Source: Azolla caroliniana
Lineage: Eukaryota; Plantae; Polypodiophyta
Length of the DNA stretch: 64,000 nt
Reading direction: 5' to 3'
Assembly: GCA_043228905.1 (NCBI GenBank)
Contig: JBHGNT010000003.1
Coordinates: 2,418,001 to 2,482,000 of the forward strand
Shown here: one piece after another, positions 36,289 through 47,300 of the stretch
Layout of the letters: every line of letters starts with the position of its first letter
Numbering within the stretch: the first letter of the stretch is position 1
Notes under the pieces: generated by a model
Database searches by the model: none
The model's input: the letters and a program-made list of their open reading frames with translations, nothing else
What the model was told of the DNA's origin: nothing
Position numbers and translations under genes: made by a program

Positions 36289-39200
36289 ATGTCTTCCAAG
36301 AGAGTCGAGCGCGAGGAGTCCAGGTAGGCCTCTGACACTGTGGACATTTTTGTAAATATGTTTCGTTTCCCGAAAAACTCGATACGGCGTATCGAGTTCA
36401 TGTATACAATACAAATATTTATACACGAACTCGATACGGCGTATCGAGTTCATGTATACAATACAAATATTTATACACGAACTCGATACGGCGTATCGAG
36501 TTCGTGTATAAATATTTGTATTGTATACACGAACTCGATACGGCGTATCGAGTTCGTGTTTAAAGTGTAGCCTTTGAGAGAGAAAAATCGTTTACGGGGT
36601 GGAAATGTTATCAAATTGTCTGTCAAAATCAGTCTTTCTATGTTGAGTTTACTTACTTCTAAACAAATACAAGCTCTAATTATAGGTGTTTTTTGACCTA
36701 CTTTAGCTTAAAATAGTAGAAAATGATCTACAAATTGCATTCACTATGGCAAATTCTCATCAATATAGGTTTAGAATCTATATAAGTCATATCTACTATT
36801 TAAAAGAATATATAACCCGTTTTACTTATTACGATATATATTTTCTAGGTTGAATAGCCATGCCTACAATAGATTTTTGAATATGTTACTGCTCCTAGAA
36901 ACTGTTCTTCATTATAATAACAACTTCAATCTACGTAACTGTCTAACTTATGTTTTTGCATATACTTTCTTAAATAGGTCGTTTGAGAATCTGTCAGACC
37001 GACCCGTGAAGAAAATTAAGCTTCGCATACAAGGTTCTCCAATCGAAGCCCAGACCAAGGTAACTCCGGAGTCCATAAAGAGAGGAAAAAAGCTTCTATT
37101 TAACGAAGAGACAAAATCTCAGCCCCATAGTGATGTAAGCCAAAAGAAAATTGTCGCCGCTACTGGAGGCGAAGACCTTCCTGACCGAGATCTAACGGAC
37201 AAGGAATGGTGTATGCAATATATCGACTCAAAGAAAAAAGTCGTATTGTATACAGCAAAGAAGAAGGGTGAGGGGCAGCTAGGAAAAGAAACTCCATTTA
37301 TGTATGGCCGAATTCTACGATTTGACTACGAAGATGCAGATTCGGCCAACATACTGGTAATGATAGAGTGCTCCAAGGGGGTACGCAAAGTGTTCCTTTC
37401 AGAAGACCTTTTAGTAAAGGAATCTTGTGGGCCTGAAGTGTTCAAAAAAGCACTTGATAACTCACAAAACCTGATTGTTACCTTGAGGCCTTATATACAA
37501 GGCCATGTAACTCTACGAGATGAAGAGCCCTCCCACTTGAAGGCCACTAAAAAGGTATCCAAAGTCCAGTCAAGACCAGCCAAGAAGAAGACAACGAAAA
37601 TGTCGGATACGGATTCGACAAGTGACAATGAAGAAGAGGATAATAAGGGGACGCCAGGAGCCGAGCTGGCCTCGGGTGTTTTGTCATCCGAGCAGAATAA
37701 AATAAGAAGAGAGTTAATGCAACGGAAGCTGGTCAGGAAAGGGCAAGTATTTAATTTGCCTATAACACACATCCATCGGCCCCCTATTGATGAAAAAACA
37801 GGTCGAAGACCACTTGAGATTAGAGAGCCTCATCGCATGCATGTTCAAAATCTCAAGAAAAAAATGAAAATTAATCCTCATGCCACAGTGGTGCCTTTTA
37901 TTGTTATGGTGGATCCTGAAGAATGTGAAACCATTGAAGATTTTGATATCAGAAAGCATGATCAATATAATTATTTTGTCATTGGTGGATCGCATTCAAC
38001 AGAGGCACGTCGACAACTTGTCAGAGAACATCCAACCACTTTCTTCTTCAAGTATGCCGAGTGCAAAATATATGTTGGGCTCACAACCGAAGAGGCTAAG
38101 CTGTTGGCATGGGACCATAATAATGATAATGACTATAGGCAGAAAATGTCGTCTATTGAGCGAATCCGGTTCTTCCACCACGAGTATTTAGATGTGAAAC
38201 AAAAGTTTGGTGTGAAGTTACATCCAGGCCTTCGACGTCAATGTCTGCATGAAGTCGGCATTGTGGTAGATGATAATGTTAGGTCCGATGGTCTTCGAAA
38301 GTATGAATCTTGGTTTCAATTGGCGTTTAGAGATGGAGAAGTATGGGACCTCCAAGATCAAATCTTCTCAATGTGGGAGAATAAGGAGGTAAAGGGTCAA
38401 CGACAAAAGAAATGTAGGGTTGACCCTCAACTAGAATTAAAGTCACAAGCCGCCAAGAGAATTGACTTGACAATTGAAGAAGCGGCAGGCGACATGAAGC
38501 TGTCTCTATGGAGAGCGATGCAAGGTATTAAGGACGAGCAGCTTCTTGTGTCCGTTTTGTCAAGGGTTGTGGCGAAAGATTTAAGCCTTGAAGAAATGGT
38601 CACCGAGTTCAATAAGTAAGTCTTTCAAATACTGAAATTGTAGTCTATCTGGTGTAATTCAAAGTTCTAATCTTGATTTCTAATTTTACAGTCATAAGGT
38701 GTACATGAAGATCCAAGAAGTAATGATGAAACAACTTGGATGTATAACTTGGGAACAAGTGACCGAGGATTATCCTCTAACGTCTTCGTATAAGGCGTTA
38801 TCAGAGTATTTTATTGCATTCAAGGATTGGGTTAGTATTGATATTTTTTCATTACCCTTTCATCATATTTAGAGGTTGCGTAATAATACCTGATGTCCTA
38901 TTGCTTCTATTAGAAACCGTGTCGAGGCAAGAAACAAGGAGAAGTTAAGGATATACACGATTTCCCTACATCCTTCCTTGCACATCTCGAGCGAGCTAGA
39001 AAAGAAAAGGATCGTCGCTTAGTCAAGGCGTACGAAATGGAGGAAGATGGCTCGTTTAAAAAATTTAGCCACAAGAAAGATATTACGAGAGATCTTTACT
39101 ACAATGTGGTTTGCGGTGATGTCATCGAGTTGATCCAGAAGGTGCCAAAGAAGGAATATACGCTAATGATTGTGGATATTCCTTACGGATTTCGAATGGC

Positions 39201-40203
39201 TGGGTCATCATACGACGATGAACCGTTTAGGTTTAAACAATTGGAGAAGATGGTCAAGGATTTCGCTGAGCTAACGACCGCATCCTTGTGGCGAATAGTT
39301 GTCTTTCATAGTATGGACCAAGGGTACTCGGTAGCTCAAGCTTTGAGATCTCGTTGCCATGGCATCGAGAACCTTGCATGGTAAGGATTATTTATAGGTG
39401 TCTTTCATTATATTGCAATTCTTAAGGTTGTTGAATCTATTTTTAACTCGATGAATTATTTTTTATAGGATCAAGACCAATGTAAATAGAGGGCCAACTT
39501 TTCGGTTCGTTAATGCCATTGAATACATAACGGTTGGCTACTTCGATGAAATTAAAAAACAGAGAATCAAAGAGCATTCTAATGAAGTGGGAGGTTCAAA
39601 TCTGTTGGTATATCCAGCAGTGACTCGGAAATTGCGACATGTCACCACGACAGAACGGGGACTTGTCAACCCATACCAAAAACCTCAACGACTTATGATG
39701 CGCTTGATCGAGATGTTTTCTGTCGAAGGAGACTGGATATTAGATCTCTTTTCTGGCACAGGTATTCCTCGAACTAGGGTAACGATCTTGAGATAACCAA
39801 TCCCTTTTTTTTCGTTTGACAACTAAATCTTCTTGTTACTTACATCACAGGAACTACGTCAGCATGTGCATTGAAGCTGTTTAGGAATACAGTTGCATTG
39901 GAGAAGGACGAGGACCAAGTTATATTTATTAATATGCGGATTAAGGCTTTGTGGGAGTGCCCAGACCAGGATGAGGAGGTCGGTGCAAAGAACCTCGCCA
40001 ATACAGAAAGGTTTCAACCCGCTTCGCGAGAGCCTATTCCTCCGTTAGCCGGCGAACCGGGAGAGCTAATAGAGCTTGATGATGAGCTTATAGAAGATAT
40101 TTCGTTGGCCCGGCTAACAGGGGAAACCAATGCACGTATAGCCGAAGACAGTTCTACACAAGATGATGAAGAAAATGACGTAGATGAATTGATTGCTATG
40201 TAA
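36289..40203 (+). CDS. Six-exon gene, ~974 aa: ParB/Srx-like domain fused to a beta-class N6-adenine/N4-cytosine DNA methyltransferase (N6_N4_Mtase-like)
   Basis: Predicted exons are 36289-36323, 36978-38615, 38692-38830, 38914-39380, 39469-39761 and 39851-40203. All junctions are GT-AG and in frame (2925 nt, no internal stop). ParB-like motif: YFVIGGSHSTEARRQL. MTase motifs: CGDVIELI, LMIVDIPY, LAWIKTN..EYI, NPYQKPQRLMMRLI and GDWILDLFSGTGTT..ALKLFRNTVALE. Exon 1 is less certain than exons 2-6. Confidence 0.88.
36375..36559. repeat. Array of four 25-bp palindromes at 52-bp spacing, inside intron 1
   Basis: GAACTCGATACG-G-CGTATCGAGTTC starts at 36375 (first base A), 36427, 36479 and 36531. 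The three 27-bp spacers are near-identical, and the third is inverted. Confidence 0.97.
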
Positions 40204-40624
40204 TAGACTCTATAAAGAATATGACACTGACGATTTGTTAAGATTTCACATTATTAATACAAATTTTGGGTTTTACCTAGTGGATTCTATTCTTTATAAT
40301 CATCTATATGTTTCAATTTTATTTTTATATACCTCATTAGTAGATTTATGATATTGGTTTCACCGCGTGCATAGCTGACTACCAAACTTATGGAGAAACA
40401 TGAACTAGCTTAAATGGAGGCTGATTTTGGTCCAAGCTAACCTTAACAGAACATGGCCCTATAATTATTGCCATGACTGTCCATGTTGTTATTATGGATC
40501 TTTGTCTTATATTGTTAAAACAGGTCTAGTTTCTATTCCATTGCTGCTTAGATTGTGTAGTGTGTTGATAATGGTTCCAGTTGCGTTATCATTCGGAGTT
40601 TGATCTTGTGTGAATCACCTAAGC

Positions 40625-40875
40625 AATAGAGTAGATCAATTTTAAATATAGGTATGAAAGCCTAATAGGTTTGTTATTTCCACGACATTATCCTAAAGTT
40701 CACTGCCTTACATTGTGCACAATTATATACACATATGGTTTGATCCCATATGAACAAACTGAGGAATAGATTAGATCAACTTTTAATATAAGTATTGAAT
40801 ACTTTAATAAGTTAGTTATTCCAATCACTTATCCTAATGTGCACTATCCTACATTTTCGACAATTACATACATGC
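40625..40875. repeat. Subterminal diverged direct repeat (~140-bp period, 2 copies) in the transposon
   Basis: aataga(g/t)tagatcaa..ttt.aatata.gta...ttatcctaa.gt.cact..c.tacatt...acaatta occurs twice. Confidence 0.75.
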
Positions 40876-41215
40876 ACGTATGGGTCAAAGTATAAATTAT
40901 ATCTCATTTTATTAGTATGGATACAAGTACACCTCATAATTTTGTAAAACCTACCTAATTAATATAAGTCTTTAAGTTAGTGTTTCCCTTGTCGCACAAT
41001 AGTGCCATATTGAGCCATAGTTGAACTTTATTTAGATACATTAACTTATCAACATGTCTAAACTTGCATGATTTCTAATGATCTCCACTCGTAGATCTAT
41101 CATGTATTTTTATATTTGCAAATTCTTATCAAGTTGAGGAACATGTGATACTAGTGCATCCAATTATTGTAGAGAGGGTGTATTTGCTTCGTTTTAAGAA
41201 GATTCTACAAGTGGA

Positions 41216-41251
41216 ATGCGCAATCCTTCCACTTGTGAACGCGAACGTGTT
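41216..41251 (-). repeat. Right terminal inverted repeat
   Basis: ATGCGCAATCCTTCCACTTGTGAACGCGAACGTGTT is the reverse complement of the left TIR with one mismatch. Confidence 0.95.
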
Positions 41252-42985
41252 TATCGTGTCATTTTGCATAGAAAGCAAATATTCCATTCCATTTTTTAGT
41301 CCAATCCTCTATGCTTTCAGACATCTCATGGGCAAAATCAACTCTATGATCCAATACATAGCATAGTCAACTCCTTATTGTAAAGGTTTGTGCATGTGCA
41401 ACGAGGTTGCTCAACACATGCTTCATCCCACTCTTTTAGTTAATATATTATAGTCTAGATTCTAATCTCATTTAGGCCAGCTTGATGTTGATATTAGAGG
41501 TAAAGTTTTTTCTTTTTTAGTGATGGGCTGAGCTTTTGAAGCAATGGGTTTTTTGTTTAGTGTGTTGCTCTTTGTTGATTAATGATATTAAATACAGCAG
41601 TGATCACGATACAAAATTTGACAAACAGAAATATTCATCACATAATTTGCTCAACATATAAGAAATTGGATTAGAATTAGGTTTCAAATTAACATAAACA
41701 CTTTGAGAAAAAAAGGGACGAATTGACTACAAGTCATCACGATTATCGGAGAACAGAGACGAAAAGATAGGCAAGCATCCATAGCTAGTTTTGGTGGGAC
41801 CTATGAAGCCCTCAAGTTTTCAAAATTTTATATATTGTTAGTCTCAGTTAACACCTTTTCTATAATTAACTGGTCTTCTTCTTGACAGTATGATATATTT
41901 TATTGTCACATTTACGTTATGACATTGTGATGATGATGAAAAGGCATCATATTCTGACGACATTTTAAAAGGTTATATGTTCAACTACAATGTCAAAGTG
42001 TTATTTTTTTATCCTTGAATTCACACCCAAAAGAGAAGAGCTACATAAATCAGTTTAAAAAGAATAATATATTTGAGCAATAGGAAACAGATGAAGGCAA
42101 TCCAGGAAACCATAATATGTTTGCATTCTGCAAATATTAAACAATTTCAAAGTGGAAATGGACCTCGCTAAATGGATTTCAGAATCACAATGTCTGAAAT
42201 CTTTTACGAGTATATATTGTGTTGTCCATTCCCAATGAAGTATACCTTGTGTAAATCTCATTACATAATCATTAATATTACAATGCCCAATAGTAGTCAT
42301 ACAATGCGTAACCACAATATATGAGCTTAAACATAGTTTGTTAGATGCAACGTAGATGTTGATGGGTCTCCATGAACCTGGTGCAATGCTGTGCCAATCA
42401 ATGGCCAGGGATGATTTGGGCAAGATTTGACCTTTGCGCTTCAGACCTTCATGACTGTCAATTAATAGAAAAGGTGGTAAACAAATGTGCTGATGGTTAG
42501 AGTAATCTTGGAGACATGAAGACTTCCATTTTCAGCAAATACACTTGCTGCATATTACTTATCAACATCCATAGTTTTAGGTTGAGCCCTTGTGTACATT
42601 TTGGCAATGCATTGTATGCTAACAAGTGGTCGATCAATGCGTATGTGATTGAGACTCATACAAAATGTGCTTCATTTTAGTTGGGAAAGGATGAGATCAT
42701 TGCTTGTTTAATGACATTCTCGATAATACACTAATCACCAATTATATATTGTAAGTACAATATGGGATTACAACTACCATGTCTAAACATCTACTCTTAT
42801 TCCTTCTGATTTTAATTTAAGTTCTATAACAACTACTACATCTTCCAAGAATCACAATCTTCCAAGTTAAAAAATAACAGAACTAAAGTACAATGAGATC
42901 CCAAATGAATGAAAAATAACAGAAATAACAAAGCATTGTTATTTTGACCCCAAGGTTTGATTAAGGTTCGGTGGTGAATTTAGGG

Positions 42986-44386
42986 CTAAAATTGGTAATA
43001 GCCTGCGACAGTATACCCTGTCTGCACTAATGAGAATAGGAGCAGTAGAAATGCCACTAGGAGCGAAATGGTTAGCCATGGCCGAGAGAAATACTTTTCT
43101 CGAAACTCCACATACATGGGACGCCAAGGACTCTCGTAGTGGTGTAGTACATCTACTATCAAGTTATCCCATCTCTCGCATGTTCGAATGTCGATGTTGG
43201 TGCACATGTCGTTCCACATCTTGAGCAATTTCTCATCACTCCCCAAGTGATTCTCGATCACTTGTGCCTTTGTCAAGATCGTTACATCCTCAGGTGTGTC
43301 GATGAGCGAGTCCATGATGGTGATATACTTAGTGAACTCACCATTATTTGTGGAGGTCTGTTCATGGGCAAGCAGGTTCCTCAGCACATCCTCTGTCTTG
43401 TCATACACCACAATCCGTGGGAGATCGAACCGAAGGCTCGTCTTGTCATAGTTCATCACTGATATGGAACCTTCAATTGCCTTGAATCGGATCCCGGCTT
43501 TAGAAAGCTGAGACGCTGTTGGCAGGCGATCGCGATATATAGTCATCTTGTGAGCTGCTTCTTCTGTCGCGAAATGATTCCAAAGTGGTGGGAATGTACA
43601 TGGATTGATGGCTTTATTCTCATTATTTTGTAATTGTTCCCTGACTACCCAAACATATAGGCAATCAAGTAGATGAGTGTAATTCACAAACTCGGGAGTT
43701 TCAAAAATTTCGGCAATCTCTGCGCGGGACAAATTCTTGCTGATATAGAATGGATCAGTCATTTCAACAGCATAAAGCAATCCTTCCTGGAGTTCATCCA
43801 CTTCAAATTCGACTTTCTTCGGAAACGTTTCAATCAGCTTCGCTAGAAATGAGATGGGAATCTGGTTGCCCATCACGAACAAGTCCCTCACTACTTCTTT
43901 TAATGTGATGCTATTGTTGCAGATTTTTTCGAACTGGGTGTGTTCCTCCAGTGTGGAATCCCAGTCAGTCTGAAGAAACAGCAAGAATTCACGAAAGAAG
44001 ATGGTATCCACAGTCACCAAAAGCTGGAGGGACTCGGAACTATAATTGGGAAGGCCTGAATAATGATTTTGAAGATCAGAGGGGTCATAGAAGAGGCGTT
44101 TCATGAGCTCTTCCACATCTGATATCTCATGTCCTTTGATGAATTTATTCACAGAAAGTGCCTTACAATCATAAAGAGAAGAGCTCCCGCTAAGCATTTC
44201 ATGCAACGGTCCGATGGTCACGATCCGAGGCCGGTATGATTCGGGCTTGACATCCACTAATGCTTTTGGAGGCTTCGAGATCTCAGCATACACGGGTCTA
44301 TCAGCTTTAGTATCGGTCTCATTGATCCTTAGCTTCATGTATTTTCTCCAATTCTCTTCTTCAGGAGAGGATTCAAATTGATCCAT
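42986..44386 (-). CDS. DUF247 / UPF0481 family protein, 466 aa (recent paralog of 11997-13388)
   Basis: It has the same motif set and a near-identical protein, with an intact ORF and TM tail. Confidence 0.95.
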   Translation of the reverse strand: MDQFESSPEEENWRKYMKLRINETDTKADRPVYAEISKPPKALVDVKPESYRPRIVTIGPLHEMLSGSSSLYDCKALSVNKFIKGHEISDVEELMKRLFYDPSDLQNHYSGLPNYSSESLQLLVTVDTIFFREFLLFLQTDWDSTLEEHTQFEKICNNSITLKEVVRDLFVMGNQIPISFLAKLIETFPKKVEFEVDELQEGLLYAVEMTDPFYISKNLSRAEIAEIFETPEFVNYTHLLDCLYVWVVREQLQNNENKAINPCTFPPLWNHFATEEAAHKMTIYRDRLPTASQLSKAGIRFKAIEGSISVMNYDKTSLRFDLPRIVVYDKTEDVLRNLLAHEQTSTNNGEFTKYITIMDSLIDTPEDVTILTKAQVIENHLGSDEKLLKMWNDMCTNIDIRTCERWDNLIVDVLHHYESPWRPMYVEFREKYFSRPWLTISLLVAFLLLLFSLVQTGYTVAGYYQF

Positions 44387-45659
44387 TTGATGTGGAAGCT
44401 TGATTTCCTTGTTGATATTCTCTTAATCTTCTTCTTCACAATTCCTTCTGTGGGCACAAACCTGATGCTTTCTTGATTTCCTAGTCTTTTCTTGCAGGAG
44501 ATAAGAATAGATAGAGAGAAAAATGTGTGTGAGAGAGAGAGGGTGCGAGATAAGCATGCCAGAATCATATATGGAGAGAGATAAAGCGAGAGAGAGACCA
44601 CAATCATGCCATTTTATACACAGGAAGCATCTATTCCATTCAGATTTTTGGTCAATTCTTCTACGATTTCAGAAATCTCGTGGGGTTTGGATGAGCTGAT
44701 TAGACGTAGCAAATTCAACTCCTTATATATTGCAAAAATCTCGTGGGGTTTGTGAATGGGCAATGACTTTTCTCAATACGTTATCGGTGCCATTCTTGAA
44801 TTTATATTACAGCCAAAAGCTTGACCTTCATTTTAGAGACAAAAGTTTTCCTTTTTCATTCAGCCGAATTTGTTACATTTGATTGCACCGGTCTCTGTTG
44901 GATTAATGTTAGTATTTGATACATTTTAAAAGCACAAGTACTGATCACATAAATTTTCATAACGTATACGTAATTTGGATTAGAGTTTGGTCTCAAATTG
45001 ACAAAAAATAGGGTGAATTGACTCAAAATGTTCACATGCTGTAATTGCTTGATAGGAAATAAGTTAGAGTAGTTCTTGGTCGACGCAGAAATCCTCACTC
45101 TATGATTTTAAAATCCGCCCACATTTTAATATCTTAAAATATAATCCATGAAATGCATACTTAATCGTCATCAATCAATCAATGATAGTTTTTTCTAACT
45201 CCCAAAAACAATTGTGATTGATTGCTTTCCAAGTCCAATGTATAGAAAGTTGAAAGTGACCTACCATTGCATTATTGGCCTACAAGGAATCGATGTCACT
45301 ACCCTAGTTATAAAAAGTCATAGGAAAACACTACATGCCATAATCGAGATTTCTGATTATGTTATTGTCAGTGTGTAATCTAGGAATGGGAACTAGTAAC
45401 AAAATCTGAATGCCACACACAGATCAGAATTTGGGAAGATGAAAGTTGAAATATAGGAGACTTAGGAACAACTAAGAAGTCAGAACTACAATGTAAAGCA
45501 GATATGCTCTAAGTTAACAATTTTTTTGATTGAGTAACCGAATCAGCTAATGACCAAAAAGAAAGTGATTGCTATATTTATTTTTGAATAAATAAATAAA
45601 TACATAAATAAACTAATGAATAACTAAACATATATATGTATGTATATATATAAAGATAA

Positions 45660-46950
45660 CGAGAAGATAAAGATTTGTGAGCGGTTGTTCTTGTCGTCAA
45701 TCAGCTATGACTATACAACACCTTTCCTATCCTTTTGGATTAGGTTCCTTGTTCTCTATTTTTATTTTGCATTTCTACAGTTTTGTTGTTCATTCCACCC
45801 AATAGGGTGAAGATTTATGCCAAGGCTATTGCCTTGAGGCATATGTATTCCTTTAAAGAAAACTAGAGAGGTTGTACTCAGTTGTACTTAGAACCTAGTA
45901 AAATTGTTTGGAACCTAAGGTTCCCAATGTTTTTCCCAATTTGGGTCTACACGTAAAATTTGGTGTTGGTTGCTTCTATTGTTACCTGAGTTGGTGGTTT
46001 AAGCTAATCTATATTCATCCTAGAGTATTCCCAGCAACTCGAGTAAAAGCGGCAATTCATACCTTTCGCGCAAGATTGGAATATGGATGAATCTTTTCAC
46101 GGATGATTAACTTGACTAGACCAAACTACAGAATATGGAAGTCGACGATGCAGGAAATTTTGTTATGCAAAGACTTGTGTTGCATGTACAATGTGGTCTT
46201 GACAAACCAAAAGAAATTAGATGCACCGACTTGGGAAGTCATGCATCTAAAAACAAGTGCATACATGTGATGTTGAATCATAGACATAAGTCTATACAAC
46301 AACTTTGATGTTGAGGCGAAAGCAAATATATTGTCGAAAAAAATAGAAAGTATGTTTGAAACCAAGAATGTTCCGAATAGAGTCTCTCTATTCAAAAAGA
46401 TTGTAAAGCTAAGATATCACGATAGCTCTAGTATGGTTGAGCACTTGAATCAAACTATCTCTTTAGAAATACCTTTAGCAGATGGGGTATTGGGGTTATT
46501 ATTGTTAGGGTCTCTCCCAAATAGTTGGGAAACACTTGTGGTGACACTAGGGAACTCAACACCACAAGGAAAGCAGCTAACATTGCTACAGTTAAGTCAA
46601 GTCTTCTTAATGAAGAAGCACGACGAAAAGAGTCAAGTCAGCATTAAGCCTTTGTCAAGAAAACAACCCCAATAAAGGGAGAAGCCATTATCAAGGTCCA
46701 CAAAATCATAAAAATAATTTTAAAGGGATAGTGTAAATCTATAAATAGGAAAGACCTTAAGAAAGACTTTTCATGGAGTTATTGTGGCGGTCAAATTCAC
46801 TACGAAAGAGATTGTAGAAAGAAGACAAGGGAGCAAACGAATGGAACTAATGACGACAAGAAAAATGACCCTCCAATAGCCACATGTGATGACAACATTT
46901 CTATTGTTTGTGATGATTCTTGTGTTATTCAACATGCCAACAAATCGATT
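45660..46950 (+). mobile_element. Ty1/Copia 5' remnant (partial LTR + gag)
   Basis: It encodes MINLTRPNYRIWKSTMQEILLCKDL, LLLLGSLPNSWETLVVTL and a degenerate zinc knuckle, YCGGQIHYERDC. Confidence 0.8.
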
Positions 46951-47159
46951 CGATTATTGACTTGTAAACCCCGTATCGGGCGATGTTAGCATCATATGCC
47001 CGTGATGCCACCTTAAGGAATTTGAGAGAGTGACATCTTCATCTTTTGACACCATGTCACTCGGATCTTCTTTCATGTCCGCCATGGCGTTTTTCTTCCT
47101 ACTATTAGATGGATCTATGGATTCATTAATTTGATGTATGTGATCAATCTTAGCATGAA

Positions 47160-47300
47160 TTCTGGACACTGTCGAGACCATCTTCATTCATCAATTCTTA
47201 TTGTTGACAACTCAACCTATCCAAAGTGTTAGCAATTATGTCGCCACTTTCTACTTTAATGAGCTTACATTCCATGTGAGATTGTTGAGGAACTTGTAAC
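47160..47300 (+). pseudogene. DUF247 internal fragment
   Basis: DTVETIFIHQFLLL...FYFNELTFHVRLLRNL* aligns with DTVFIHEFLL...FFNNDFTFRDRLRRDL of the 16558 gene. Confidence 0.75.

Larger units (their letters stand above)
32338..41251. mobile_element. 8,914-bp cut-and-paste DNA transposon (Sola-like) carrying a transposase and a ParB-like/DNA methyltransferase gene
   Basis: It has 36-bp TIRs (35/36 identical) and a flanking direct repeat TATC (32334-32337 and 41252-41255). It encodes a DDD-type transposase internally. A 4-bp TSD is consistent with the Sola superfamily. Confidence 0.9.

Noticed and set aside
36375-36559. CRISPR array (palindromic repeats with regular spacers)
   Set aside because: The spacers are copies of one another rather than unique, there are no cas genes, and the array lies in a predicted spliceosomal intron.
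36850-36977. N-terminus of the called 589-aa ORF
   Set aside because: It has a TTG start and T-rich intron-like sequence ending in a good acceptor (ttcttaaatag). An in-phase upstream ATG exon exists at 36289-36323. An alternative acceptor at 36848 cannot be excluded.
36289-40203. Bacterial or phage contamination as the source of the MTase
   Set aside because: The gene has five AT-rich GT-AG introns, a TATA box and a eukaryotic-type transposase partner, and its TSD lies inside plant DUF247 flank sequence.
32338-41251. CACTA, hAT or Mutator assignment for the element
   Set aside because: The termini are AACAC rather than CACTA, the TSD is 4 (or 5) bp rather than 3, 8 or 9 bp, and the transposase motifs do not match those superfamilies. 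The Sola subgroup is left unassigned.
42055-42423. 122-aa ORF downstream of DUF247
   Set aside because: The near-identical paralogous segment (~13940-14320) has an in-frame stop and an indel, and there are no recognisable motifs.
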